From the NCBI GenBank assembly GCA_040285855.1, contig JAUFOQ010000003.1, forward strand, positions 434,001 through 498,000: a stretch of 64,000 nucleotides of DNA. Reading direction: 5' to 3'. Every line of letters starts with the position of its first letter. Position 1 is the stretch's first letter. Origin of the DNA: Eukaryota sp. GEM-RC1. Lineage: Eukaryota. Both the position numbers and the translations under genes were made by a program. The notes beneath the pieces were generated by a model that was not told where the DNA came from, searched no databases, and was given only the letters and a program-made list of their open reading frames with translations. Below, one piece after another: positions 35,371-47,649 of the stretch.

Positions 35371-36204
35371 GTGTTTATTGACCCTGGAAAAACAGATTTA
35401 CTCTATTTTTGTTCAGAGAAAGTAAACAGGCCATTTCCTGAAGAAAAAGACCGAGAAAGAAGAGACAAAGAATATGAGTGGTTAAGATTGACAGAGACAG
35501 AATGGTCCAGATGGTCAAGGGTTCATCAAAAGTTTAGAAGACGAAAGAAAAAAGAATTCATTCTCCAAGATGGAAAAACGGTTGAACAAGAAGAGTCAAC
35601 ATTATCCAAAGAAAATTCGAAATCCACTCATTATGACACGTTCTATGAATATGTAGGTTCCAAACTTACAGTTATTGAATCAACATTTGATTACTACTGT
35701 TTGATGATATGGCGCATTCAAAAAATGCAAAGATACGTCCATATTCCAAAAACAGAAAGTAAATTGTTGAAAAATATGATTGCAAAAGGATGGAATAAAA
35801 ATGACTGTATATTGATGTTTGGTGACAATGGTAATAAGAGGCAGAACCTAAAACACCTCCGATCAAGTAGAGGTGTGGGTTGGAGAAACTTCTTTAAGAG
35901 AAATGGTTATAACATACTTCTTGTAGACGAAAGTTACACGTCTTCAAAGTGTCCTACTTGTTGGAAGCCAGTCAAAGCGTTCAAAGAAATCAGTAATCCA
36001 AAACCAAAAAAAAGAGAGAAGAAACCTCTGGTAAAGTGTCACGCTTTGTTTAGATGCAAGTCCCAAGAATGTAGAGAAGAATGTAACGGTACATGTAGCG
36101 CCAAGATTTGGAATCGTAACAAGTTAGCATGTATCAACATCAAGACCATTGTAGCGCATCATTTGGAGCGGGGTCTAGGAGTTAGACCCAGTTATTTGTC
36201 ATAG
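35371..36204 (+). CDS. Fanzor (eukaryotic TnpB-like) RuvC + zinc-finger region, Fanzor1-like; RuvC-III Asp is Asn; N-terminus not intact
   Basis: FIDPGKTDLL (RuvC-I D 35380), ILMFGD (Gly at the canonical Glu site), LLVDESYTSSKCPTC (relocated Glu 35929 + CxxC), HALFRC...C, IWNRNKLACINI (cf. WNRDxNAxxNI), terminal RPSYL. Confidence 0.88.
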   Translation: MFIDPGKTDLLYFCSEKVNRPFPEEKDRERRDKEYEWLRLTETEWSRWSRVHQKFRRRKKKEFILQDGKTVEQEESTLSKENSKSTHYDTFYEYVGSKLTVIESTFDYYCLMIWRIQKMQRYVHIPKTESKLLKNMIAKGWNKNDCILMFGDNGNKRQNLKHLRSSRGVGWRNFFKRNGYNILLVDESYTSSKCPTCWKPVKAFKEISNPKPKKREKKPLVKCHALFRCKSQECREECNGTCSAKIWNRNKLACINIKTIVAHHLERGLGVRPSYLS

Positions 36205-36254
36205 TCATAGCCTTTACTACAGTGAATATGTAGCAATATTCTAGTTCTGTTGAA

Positions 36255-36430
36255 TAGGGCTGTCAATTTCTCCCATTTTCTCCCAACTCCCACCTCCCAT
36301 GACCCTTGGGAGTGGGAGTGGGAGCTTAGCAATTTTTGGGAGTGGGAGTGGGAGTCTCACCTATGACAGATGGGAGGTGGGAGTGGTAGTGGGAGAACAC
36401 GTCTAGGTGTTTCTCCCATTAACAGCCCTA
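36255..36430. mobile_element. 176-bp hAT-like MITE with gggagt repeats
   Basis: TIRs tagggctgtcaat / attaacagcccta; internal ctccca and tgggag arrays. tgttgaat occurs on both sides but is offset on the right, so the TSD is imperfect. Confidence 0.75.
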
Positions 36431-36499
36431 AACAATGTTGAATCTTCGGATTAACATTCTAGATTCTAGTTCTAGTTTTACAATCCCCTTTATCTTCCA

Positions 36500-37211
36500 A
36501 TGTCTTTTGATTACACCCCTGTTTTTGACACCAAACAAGAGGAGACCCGCCCTTTAGGAGCTGAAGATGTACTAGATTTCGAGGTTTCGATGCGGATCCA
36601 ATTCATCCGAAAGGTATATGCAATTCTTCTGTGTCAGATTGTTGCCACTATGGTTGTCTCCCGCTGCTATCATGTTTGGAATTAGTGACCCCGTCATGTG
36701 GATTGGTAATAACATGGGAATCTTCTATCTATCAATAGTGTTTTCCTTTGTTTCGCTGATCACTTTGTTATGTGTCCGTCATTCTTACCCAGCAAATTTC
36801 ATCGTTCTTGCGGTGTTTACTGTTTCGGAAGCTTTCCTCATTGGAGTAGTTTGTGCGCTATCGGATACCGCCGCTGTTCTCCAGGCTGTGGTAACTACTG
36901 CCGTTGTTTTCACTGCTCTCACAATTCATGCGTGGACTACTTCCACTGATTACTCCGTCTTCCATGGTATAGCGATTTCCTGCCTTTTTGCCCTCATTGT
37001 TCTGTCATTCTTCGCTTCCTTCGTTGGATCGTCTTCCATGGATTTCTTGATTTCCCTCGGAGGAGTGCTTTTGTTCTCGGCTTTTATCGTCATTGATACG
37101 CAGTTAATTGCTAAAAAGTATAACGTCGATGAGTACATCTTAGGGGCTATCGAATTGTATCTTGATATTCTTAATTTGTTTTTGTATCTGCTCCAACTTT
37201 TCAATAGGTAG
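36500..37211 (+). CDS. Bax inhibitor-1/Lifeguard (TMBIM) membrane protein (frameshift near 36660)
   Basis: RIQFIRKVYAIL..Q, RHSYPANFIVLAVFT..EA, FIVIDTQLI, DEYILGAIELYLDILNLFL. Confidence 0.92.
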
Positions 37212-37407
37212 ATTATGTATAAAAAATTTCGTTTGTCGTTGATATCATCAATCTGGTCTTACTTCAACCGTTCGACATATTAAGGGTAGATTAGTTTTTG
37301 TGAATACAGTATCTGCCATTCTTTCTCAACGCCATGGAATGTTAACATAAAATAGTTATAAAAAACACAACAAAGCACAACAATAAGAGTCAAGTGAATC
37401 TTTGCAT

Positions 37408-37479
37408 GGAGTCGTAGCTCAGTGGTAGAGCAGCTGATTGCAGATCAGCCGGTCCTGTGTTCGAATCACGGCGACTCCT
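37408..37479 (+). tRNA. tRNA-Cys (GCA)
   Basis: Cloverleaf: ggagtcg/cgactcc acceptor, gctc/gagc D stem, gctga-ttGCAga-tcagc anticodon arm, ttcgaat T loop, U discriminator, followed by a T-run. Confidence 0.95.
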
Positions 37480-38554
37480 TTTTATTTTTATAATATTGAT
37501 AGAATGTCAGTTGTAGAGCGGAAGTGGACCAACTTAATATTGGATTCAGATTCACACACGATATATGTCATTTTTAAACTGCTCCCTTGGATCAATGATT
37601 TAGAGTTCACTAATAACTTGATCTATAGAACAAAAAGAACTCAGTGTTTCCTCTAGGCATTTTGGGTGTTAAAAGGTGTATTTTGGAATCTCGACGTTTA
37701 TCACTTAAATAAAATGACATACTGAAATCTAACAGTATTATCAAAAGTGTACAGTCAAAAGACACCAAAGGAGATCATCGTCATTTCAGACAATGCTACA
37801 AGTGACGATCGTAAAAAGTTAGTGGAAAAGCACGTTCATAGAATTTGAAACTGATGTTAGATGACTTTGGTCATCGTGACAGTTATTGGTGATGTTGAGC
37901 TTCCATCGTAAGTCTTGTATGGTTGAAAAAAAGCAAAGTGACACTATTTTTCAAATATGTATGTTGGATTTTTTATATTTTCTTTTGGTGTTCATATTCT
38001 TATCAACTATGCAATTAACATCACAAAAGATTCTTGGACCGTGGCACAGTGTGGGAGCAATGATTCATGTAGTTTTATGTGTGTCAGCACATGTAGTCAG
38101 CACATGTCTTCAAACATTCTTACTTCAGCTTAGTGTGACATTTTTGAATCAATTCAAACAATGTGTTCTACAACACAGTCATCGAATGTTTCCACGTATT
38201 GAACAGTATCTTACAACAACCATTATGTATAAGCTCAGTTTACGAAATAAAAAGTGGCTTTTTAATTCGAAGTCGAAGAAAAACATGAAAACTGGAATAA
38301 TTACTTGTGGAATTTAAAAAATTCAATTAAAACGAAAATAAAACCGAAGGACAACTAAACAATAAGAAAAAACAAGACTAAATGACTAAAAACTAAGTAA
38401 AAAGAGGATACAAAACAGGTATTAATCTACAACAGAACAGAATTAAATTGATACTAAACACAATTCAATTACTAAAGACTTATACGTTTCTTTTTTCTTC
38501 TTTTTTGGATTGGATTTAGAATTCTTTCCATTTCTTCTTTTTAACGAAGCCGCT

Positions 38555-40283
38555 TTAATTCTCATTGACTTTGTAAACTTCTCCAATAATCCCACTGCTT
38601 CTTCCAAAGATTTCATTAGTGATCTTCCTCTTTTTTAATTTCTTATTCAAATAATTTTCAATTGATAATAATCTCTCTTCAAACACGTCAGCAGAGCAAT
38701 CATTGAAGAGATCAGTCAACATCACCAAATCAATATCCAACTGTGAAAGAAGCTCAAACTCATCAAGTCGAGATGACGTACTATTCGATTGACCCTCAAC
38801 CAAATCACTCTCAGCTTCCTTTCCTGTTTCCAACAACCTGCCCATCTTGTTTTGATTGCTTTTTTCTCACCTTTTACCTTCTCCTCAACCACTTTCTCTA
38901 TCCAAATAGAATCATACTTTACATCCTCCTTGGATCTCTTCTTGAGTTCAGGACACTTTGGTAAATGAAGAAGGCCCAAACACTTAGCACGACCAACAAC
39001 ATCAAACTTTCTAATTCTGAAGATAAAGCCTAACTTATGCTCAGAATAACTTCTGATACCACAAACAAACGCCATCTTACCAGCTTCATGGATGTCTGGT
39101 CGTTCCAAAGCAAGCTCGCGTAATGGTTCAAAGAGAGAAACACCAGGGGTAGGAGCAGTGGAAAGACTAATATCAGCAACTCCCATTTGTTTTAAATACT
39201 CGACAAAAGAATCCTCATGAGAGTCAATCATGACGACACTCCTTCCTTTTGACCCATTCGAGCTGTTCTCCCCGCTCTGTGAACAAAACTAGAAGGATCT
39301 GTGGGAGCATCAAACTGAAGAACAAGGTCAACTCCAGAGATATCTAGACCTCTGGCAGCGACGTCGGTGGCGAAGAGGACACATGAAGTAGGGGAAGATC
39401 GGAAGTTGTCAAGAGTCCTCTTTCTCTTTGATGAAGACATTTTGCCGTGTAAAAAGAATGAAGAAATAGCGACAGATGCAAATATTGAAGGGAAGATAAG
39501 TTCAAAAAAATCAACCATGGCTCTGGTAGCAAAGAATACAATAATTCGATTATGAGTGAAATTTTTGAATAAATCATATAAAATCGACAGTTTATCCTCT
39601 TCTTTCGTTATCCAAATCTCATTTACCAAAGAGGCAGGTATCACATATCCTCGATTATCATTTGAACTAGTTGCATCAACAACAACTGGATTTCTCATTG
39701 AAGAGATCTTCACCCAATAGTCTCTAAACTCAGGATCAATAGTTGCCGAGAAGAACAGCGTGCGGCGGTGTTTTGGAAGTGTTGCCATGATTTTCTTGGT
39801 GGTTTCCATTATTTGGCCTCCAGTTATATCTAGAAGACGATCTACTTCATCTAGGATTAAATACTGAACCCTACAGAAGTGTGGAGTTACAGTGGGGTTG
39901 TATAGACTTCCTGGAGTTCCAATAACAATGTCAGAAGAGGGGACTGATCCAATTCTTCGATGACGTGATACAAAACTGAGAGAGGTTGGAGGGAAGAGTT
40001 TTTCTGCTACTGAGAAGACTTGGAGGGCAAGTTCTTGTGTAGGCAGAATAATAAGAACAGTAGGAGAAGTTTGGGGGACCAGAGTAGAGTTTGCGAAGAA
40101 GGTGTGTATCGGTAGAAGGAAACATAAGGTTTTACCAGATCCTGTGGGTGATACAACAACTACATCCTCACTGTTGAGGACTCTGGGAATAACAGTTTTC
40201 TGTATTCCCACAGGTTCATCAAAACCAAAAGACTCATGTATGATATCACAAGTTTTATTTGCAAGGTTTAAGGTTTCCCACAT
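38555..40283 (-). CDS. DEAD-box RNA helicase, DDX55/Spb4-like (frameshifts near 39245 and 38850)
   Basis: SPTGSGKT, PTQELALQ, GTPG, DEVD, SAT, TDVAARGLD, HRAGRTARMG; C-terminal AFVCGIRSYSEHKLGFIFR..GLLHLPKCPELK is Spb4/DDX55-like. Confidence 0.85.
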
Positions 40284-40466
40284 TCATGGAAGAATCAAAA
40301 AGGAACAAAAGGGAAATGAAAATGGGATTTGTCTCTTAGACTGGGTTTCGATCAAATGTATCAGATATATTTCTACTTCTGAACTTTTAAACGAAAAGCC
40401 TCATGCAACAGTCAACCATACACGTAGAACCATTAGTTGATTTTGCAACCAAAATGTAAAATCTTA

Positions 40467-40538
40467 CTCGCACGGTGGGAGTCGAACCCACGACCTGCTC
40501 CTTAGGAGGGAGATGCGCTGCCTCTGCGCCACGCGCGA
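40467..40538 (-). tRNA. tRNA-Arg (CCT)
   Basis: Reverse complement folds as tcgcgcg/cgtgcga acceptor, gcgc/gcgc D stem, ctcc-ctCCTaa-ggag anticodon arm, gtggg-ttcgact-cccac T arm. Confidence 0.9.
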
Positions 40539-40689
40539 CACTGGCCTTTCTTGTATCCTGGACGTCTTTGTTTTCGTATCACCCAACCACATTTGTCTGA
40601 TTAGTTAAGGAAACTGATCTTGAAGTTTCTTGATTTGGCTAGTCAAATGTCCCAAAGTGTGACTGCTTCATGAACATCTTATTATGCAA

Positions 40690-42210
40690 ATACATTTGTT
40701 TAAAAAGAAGACAGTTTATTGATGGAGGGTACAAAAATACATGTCATAATAAAAGCTATGAAACACTAGACACCGAAAATTCCTGGTCAACAGTACCACA
40801 GTATTTATACAACTTTGTGAAAATTGATTTAAAAACTTCGACATCGAACCGAACAAAGAAAAAATCAAACGGTTATGCCAAATTGATAAGTTAAATCTCT
40901 TATTCTGAGACTTACACATAGATCCAAAATCAGTTAAAAACTTGGAAGCCATTTCACCAATACTACCGAAAATAGAAATAGCAAATGGAACAAATACAAA
41001 TTTTGATTAAAAAAATTTATTGCGTTTAGCAACATCTTTGGAATACAAATCAATTTTACGTTTTTCAGCTGTTTCTAGGTGATTAAAACCTTTGCATTCA
41101 AGCCATTAACATAAGTTTGAGCACATGGATCTACTGTTGTAACATCAAGGATAATTTGACTAGAATCAACAAAAGGACCATGTAAGTCACCTCGACGAGA
41201 ATTATTAATTAAATCAAGACCCAACTTACTAAATATAGATTCAACTTTGGCATGAAATCCATGAGCCTACACATTTCAAATGTAACATCGCTTACAGCAT
41301 TATGAAGAACTTAGCGAAATTGAATAAATTTAGGGCAATTAATTACATGTCTAAAAGTTGCACTGCGACGATGACTCCAAATGCACTCAGAATTGTCCAG
41401 CAATTCTGCAGGAAACAAACTTAAACGCAGTCGCATATTTAATTTCCAAGCCTCATCCAACAAATGCAAACCAAAATGACGTGGTTGTTGAGTGATCAAA
41501 CAAGTTGAATTCTTAATATCATTTAAGAAAGCAGCAAAAACGGGATTATTAATTTTAGTAATACTAAAACGATTTTCAAAATCCAGGTTTTCAAATGCCT
41601 TCAAAAGCTTATTCTGAAGTTTGACCACACATAAAGGGAGAGACAATGGAGATTTTTCAGGAATACTGGGTAAATGAGAAGGAAAACAGCTATTCCAAAT
41701 ATCCAAATCCAAATCGTCAATAACTGAGACTGACGAAACTAACCAAGGAGTAAGTAAACTGAATGAGATTTTCATCAAACAAAAAACCGTATCTGGATTT
41801 AAATTCAAATAGGAAATTCTTCATTCCACCAATAAACGCACTTTTGGTTAAGTATGAAGCTCGTGAAAAACCCACACCAAAATTCGCTGATGAATACGCG
41901 TGATAAGGCAATTTCGAGTCATTAACCTCCACAAGATCACTTAAGAATTTGGTTCTCAAAGAGTTAAATTTTCTGGCTAAATCAATAGTAAGTTCAGGAT
42001 TGATTGAGCGTAAAAAGTGATTGATTTTGGACGCAAAACAAGTCGTCAAAAGGGAAAAAGAAATATGCTTACCAATTTTCAGCTCACCAATCTGTTTAAG
42101 CTTCACAGAAATTTTTTCCAATGTCAGCATCGACACTAAAATTTGTTTAATAAATCTGCTGCAAAACAAAAACTGAGAAGAATTCAAACTAACACCATTA
42201 AAAACCAAAC
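40690..42210 (-). mobile_element. CRE-like non-LTR retrotransposon, 5'-truncated and frameshifted
   Basis: KINHFLRSI, MRLRLSL, FRHVINC, LHNAVSD, RRGDL, ILDVTTVD, AEKRKIDLY, FVPFAISIFGSIG, WHNRLIFSLF. Confidence 0.85.
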
Positions 42211-42587
42211 TTCATCGTGATCCTGTGCTTGGAAGTATCAGATGAACGTGTGATAGAAACTCTAGGTGATCTGAGACATACACTCTATTCCAAAGACTTG
42301 AAACTCTTACACTATTCCTTGAAATGGATGTAGAAGAGTGAAATGTCGATAATCAACAGTAGTAATAGTATCTGTGGATGGAGTAGATCGAACCTTCTCG
42401 ATATAGTAAAGAAATATACCAAAGAGTATATCAGAGCTCCACGTTTGACTCCACTAACTAGAATCAGCTTAAAGGCAGTGGCTAATAGTTGATTAAGGAA
42501 GACGACTCAGAAAAACAATAAATAAATAGATTTAATAAAGGACCAACTCATCAAAACAAAACTAAGTAATTAAATAAAACTAACAAA

Positions 42588-45500
42588 CTAAATAGAAACG
42601 TCAACTCTAATGTTCATTGCTGCCAATTCAGCAACCAAATACTGAAAAACAAAAGGAATTCGTAACTTACGAATAGACTTCTTATTACAAGTACAACAAA
42701 TGAAATCTGCAGCATCACTAATAGTAGATATAAGTGATCCACATTCAGTACAAACAAAACCTGAATGACGATCAGAACAATTCAAAAGTCGATCTTGTAA
42801 CAAAAACGAAGTTCCATGAGAGATAAAAGCATCACGTTCCATTTCTCCAAAACGAATTCCACCTCCAAGTTTCTTTCCTTTAAGTGGTTGCCTCGTGATT
42901 TGATTAACAGGACCAGTAGCTCTCACCTGGAACTTATCCGTAACCATGTGACGAAGCCGTTGGTAATGAACAATTCCCATAAAGATACGAACAGTAAACT
43001 CATTACCACTAATACCACAGTGCATGGTCTCAGTACCATAGTACTCATAACCAGCTGATCCCAACTGTTCTCCAAAGTAATCAATCGCCTTCTGCTCATC
43101 ATTGAATCTAAAAGGAGTACCATCTTGGAAGGTTCCATGGAAAGCACCACTCTTACCCGCCATACTCTCTATAAGCATCCCGATAGTCATTCTAGAGGGG
43201 AAAGCATGAGGGTTGATGATGATATCAGGAGCAATGCCCTCGTTAGTAAAAGGCATATCAACTTGAGGCCAAAGAATGGACAACACACCCTTCTGACCAT
43301 GTCTAGAAGAGAACTTATCTCCTACCATTGGGTTTCTAGGGAAGCGGAGTCTAAGCCTAACCTTACGGAGAGGGCCATTAAAGGTAGTAGCCGCGTTTTT
43401 CTTGGAGTTGAAGGTACCTCCTGTATGACTATTAGCCATACCCACTGCTCCCACTAAGGTAACAGACTCAACGAAGCATTCCTCGCTCTTAGTGTAGGTG
43501 TGGAACTTAGGTTTACCAGTAAGAGTGTCCACAGATATAGCTACTACTGAACTTTTCTTAAGTTTTGTTCCTGGTGCTACAATACCATCAGGACCCAGCT
43601 TGTCATTGAAGAGACCACTTTCATTAACAGTAGTAGACCTTACTCCAGAAGCTCCAGCTGCTTCAATGGGGACATTGGAAAACACGTGGCGAAGTTCATT
43701 GGGACGTTGATCTAAGAAAGAGAGATCAACTTCTAGAAGGGAGTAAACACATCCATGACCTAAGCCACGGTTGTAGGAAGCTTCGTTAATGATACAGGCA
43801 TCTTCCATTGAGTACCCAGTATGAGCGAGCACTGCTACTACGGCGTTGAACCCACCACAGAAATCTTTCATTTTGAAATCTGCGTGTTCCTGCGTTTCCA
43901 CAATTGGAGTGGCGGGATAAATAAGACGGTAGAGCTTATTATCAGTACGATGAAGGTAATTGTAAACAGGCGTGGCCATTGACTGCTTGGCCATCTGACA
44001 CTGGTACATATTTCTTGGGGACTGGTTATAGTCAGAAAAAGGTGTTAGTCTAGCAGTAAAGGAAAGCATAGAGTTACGAGATAACTCAAGGAAAGGGTAC
44101 GTTAAATCTGGAGTCTTACCAAGTTCATTAATACCAATAGACATGAAGACTTGTTCGAAGGAGCCAACCCATTCCTTGCATTGAAGTTTAGTGTTGTATA
44201 CCTGTCGAACAAACCTACTTCGATGGGTGAAAATGAAAACACCTGGATCTTGGTTAAGAGTTCCAGTTGGAAGGAACTACGGCGATCTCAGTGAACACAG
44301 GGATTTGTCCGCAGCTCTTGAGCTTGCGGAGACCGTAATCAAGGTCAGCCATATTAGCCTCAGTAGTAAAACCAACAACACGACCATCCAAATAAACAGG
44401 CAGGTATTCAGGACACTCAGGTACAACATTAATAACAGAAGAATTCATTGGAACAACCCCAAGAGAAATTAAATGAGGGACAATCGTAGAATAGGAGTCT
44501 ACTGAAGACTCAATCGATGACGCATGACAGTCAGCAGCTAAATGAAGCAAAAGACCACAAGGAGTACCATCAGGGGTGTGCACAGGACATAAGAAACCCC
44601 AAGACTCGGGTAAAAGCTTTCTAACTACGGTAGTCTTCATTTCTGTAAAGAATTGACCACGATGAACTGACCTGAAATGGGCAAGATAACGTAGTTGATT
44701 GATTCTTTCAGCTACAATCGAGAAACCTGCTTGTTGCATTAAATCAAGTCCTGACTCACTTCTAATATTACCAGTTGCTAACAAATACTCAAATTTCCTG
44801 CCTAAATCACATCCACTCCTATCAATGCATTTCTTAAACTGTAATTGATCATGAATATCAAAAGTTTGAGGTTTCATTGTATGTTCTCTAATAATTTGGT
44901 TCTTAATCGCTGACAACCAGATAGACAATTGCTCCTTTAAAAAGATTGATGTTAAATGTCCAGGAAGAAGAAGCTCATGATGCTGAGAAGAATCTCCATT
45001 ATCTGGAGCAATAGTTCCATTGACCATTGAATAAAGTTTCCTCAGCATTTCCATTAATATATCAAACTTAGCATAATCATCAGTTAAATGAACCATTATA
45101 TAGTTGTCAATGATAAACTTTCCAACGAATTGGTCTGGGTAAGAGACAGGGAAGTCCAAGACTGAGCGGAAACGGCGACCAATGAAGATTCGCGCGTCCT
45201 CCATTTTAAAGAGAGAAACATTGTGGGCGGAGAGAAGCAGCAGCTCCATACGATCTCTAACGAAGTTCTTGTCACTTGGATGAGCTCGAGCTACTACAGT
45301 TTCATAGATTTGCCTATCACTACATTGAATGAGAGCACGTAGGATGATTGATAGTGAGACAAAGTATTCAGCTTTGCGATGAGAGAACCTAAGGGTGACG
45401 TTACCATCTTCTAAGTAGTGAAGACTGTTACTGACGGCAGATTCATCAGGTCTAACACACCGCATGGAGACACCAAAGTCAGTATATCTGGGTCCTCTCT

Positions 45501-46008
45501 TACTCCAAGAGCCACGCACCATTGTAATGGGGTAGTGACGGCGATTGACAATGAGTAGACGGATGAGACGTTCGAGACCGTTGATGATGAAAAAGCCACC
45601 GGGCTCATTGACGTTTTCTTTGGCGGCTATAATTCCGTCCTCATCAAGTTTAGAGAGATGACAAAGAGAGGAACGAAGCATGAGAGGCCAAACACCGAGA
45701 CGGCGATTGAAGTGCTCAGGAGGGGAGTCTCCGATTTGCCGGCAGAGGTCGACTTCAAGAATGCCTCCATACGTGACACTTCCTTCTCTGGCGTCCCTAG
45801 GTAGAAGAGGTGTGGAGAGAGTATCAGATGCTCCAGGACGAGTTGGTTCATGAATGGTGATGCTGTTAATCCATAGTGAGACAAGAGGAAAACCAGGGAT
45901 CTCAAAAGGAACAGGGTTGAGGGTCTTTGGTATCAAATTGAGGGCCTCATTGAGGAAAAAATTGTATGACTCAACATGAGGTCGTGTCAGTTCATCATAA
46001 ACTGGCAT
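42588..46008 (-). CDS. RPA2: RNA polymerase I second-largest subunit (frameshift near 44270)
   Basis: PHVESYN, GGFFIINGLERLIR, HFRSVHRGQFFTEMKTTVVRKLLPESWGFLCPVHTPDGTPCGL, DYNQSPRNMYQCQM, GDKFSSRHGQKG, GGIRFGEMERD, C-terminal zinc ribbon. Confidence 0.96.
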
Positions 46009-46101
46009 GAGAAAGAAACGTTCAACAAAAGAACCAGAGGTGTCTAATTGAAGAAAGTTGGTTGTACTTTTAGTCTCTACACGTGAAGATCTTATTAGCC
46101 C

Positions 46102-47350
46102 ATGAACTACTTCTTTCTGGGGCTTCTGCTATTTTCAATTGCTGCTTCTGCCAGCGATCGTGTTATCCTGCGACAACATCGTACCTCAATAGACTTGGGT
46201 CCAGGATCCCTTCGTGAGCTCTCTTTCGGATTGGAAGCAGTGGGAATGGCTTCTGTTCGATGTGACTTTGATGGAAAAAGCGACAACATGACCATCACCA
46301 TGACTCATCGGGATGACACTCGCTTTTGGTGGCATACCTGCTCTTCTCTCCCTCATCAGTATGGCGCCATATCCGTAGCAGGGAGGGGGTCTTGACAACG
46401 TTTTCTTCTTCTTCCCAACTGATTCCCACAAGACTCTCACCATTGCCAACTGTGGAACCAGTTCTTCATCTGGAACGTGTGTTACTACCTTCAGAAATAG
46501 TTTTGGGTATTTCTCAACCTCCTTCCTTCCTGTAGTTACCGTCCACATATGGTACTTAATAGTCCAGTCATTCCTGTTCGTTGTCTTCTTTGGCTCTTGG
46601 ACACTGATCTCCAGTAAGATGTACTTTATCGCTCCCCATACATACATCCTCAAAATATTCTTCTTCAAACTCTTGCTCGATTGCGGTGCCCAAGTGTATC
46701 TACATACAGCTAATCTAACAGGAAACCACTATGGTTTTTTCGTCTTTTATACATCTCTCTCGTGTGCTATTCTGTGTGCCGGTCTCGCTTCCTTCTCCCT
46801 TGGAAAATACTGGGAACATAGTGATTACAAGAAGACACGAGTGATGCAAACAGAACCCTTCGCTATGAACGTCATTTTCCTAGTCATTCTGGTAGTATCC
46901 TTTTTCTTAGCATTGTTCCACTTACTATTCAACATCTTCATCACAACTCTTTTGTTCTCTCTCCTGTTCATCCTCGTTGCCGTTACAGTCTTCAAGGCAA
47001 CCAATCTCGCTCCATCAATGTCTGAAGAGATGGCGTTGGGTGTGGAGTCTTTGTCTACGACTGATAAGAGAATCTCACGCTTCCAAGGAGTAGTTGGATT
47101 TGTCCTTATTGTATACTGCGTGGTTACCCTTATTTACTCGTTGGTGCGGATCTTCTTATATCCTTCAGTAGAACCAGGCACTACTTACTTCTTGTTTTAT
47201 ACGTGGCAGATGTTGGTGTGTGCGGTGTTCACTATGCTGTATTCATCACCGTTGTATACTTGTTTCCAGAAACCAACACCTCAACCTGAAAACAGTGGTA
47301 AAGATCAGGTTGTGATGGAAAGTCACATTGCTGTTCCTATAGAAGGTTGA
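46102..47350 (+). CDS. Signal peptide + multi-pass membrane protein, possibly GOST/TMEM87-like (frameshift near 46390)
   Basis: Signal peptide ORF shifts at a G-run into the 46619-47350 frame; FRNSFGYFSTSFLP precedes several TM helices. Confidence 0.5.
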
Positions 47351-47649
47351 TTTAGTGCTTAAATTTTGTTGTATAAATATTTTTTGCTCTTTAATACGAA
47401 TTGTAGTGTTATTGTGTGTTGATCAGATTATATAGAAAATAATAAACAGTAGTTCAATTGTATGCTGACAATGTTGTAATTAATATAGAAGATATGAGTG
47501 AATTTGATGAGGAAATATGAATCGAAAAGTCAGAAACGGTTTGGACGTGGTAACTGGTCGTGTGGTTGTTGGCAATGTGTTGAGAAGTGAAGACACATTC
47601 ACCTGACGTCTGGTGTTCGTAAAGTTTCAATTCCTCCAACTACTCCAAA

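Noticed and set aside
36270..36420. gggagt repeats as telomeric or Fanzor guide repeats
   Set aside because: They are enclosed by hAT-like TIRs and occur in both orientations, so they are explained as MITE internal repeats.
40467..40720. tRNA-targeted insertion of the CRE copy upstream of tRNA-Arg
   Set aside because: Only one of many CRE fragments is near a tRNA, so chance is sufficient.
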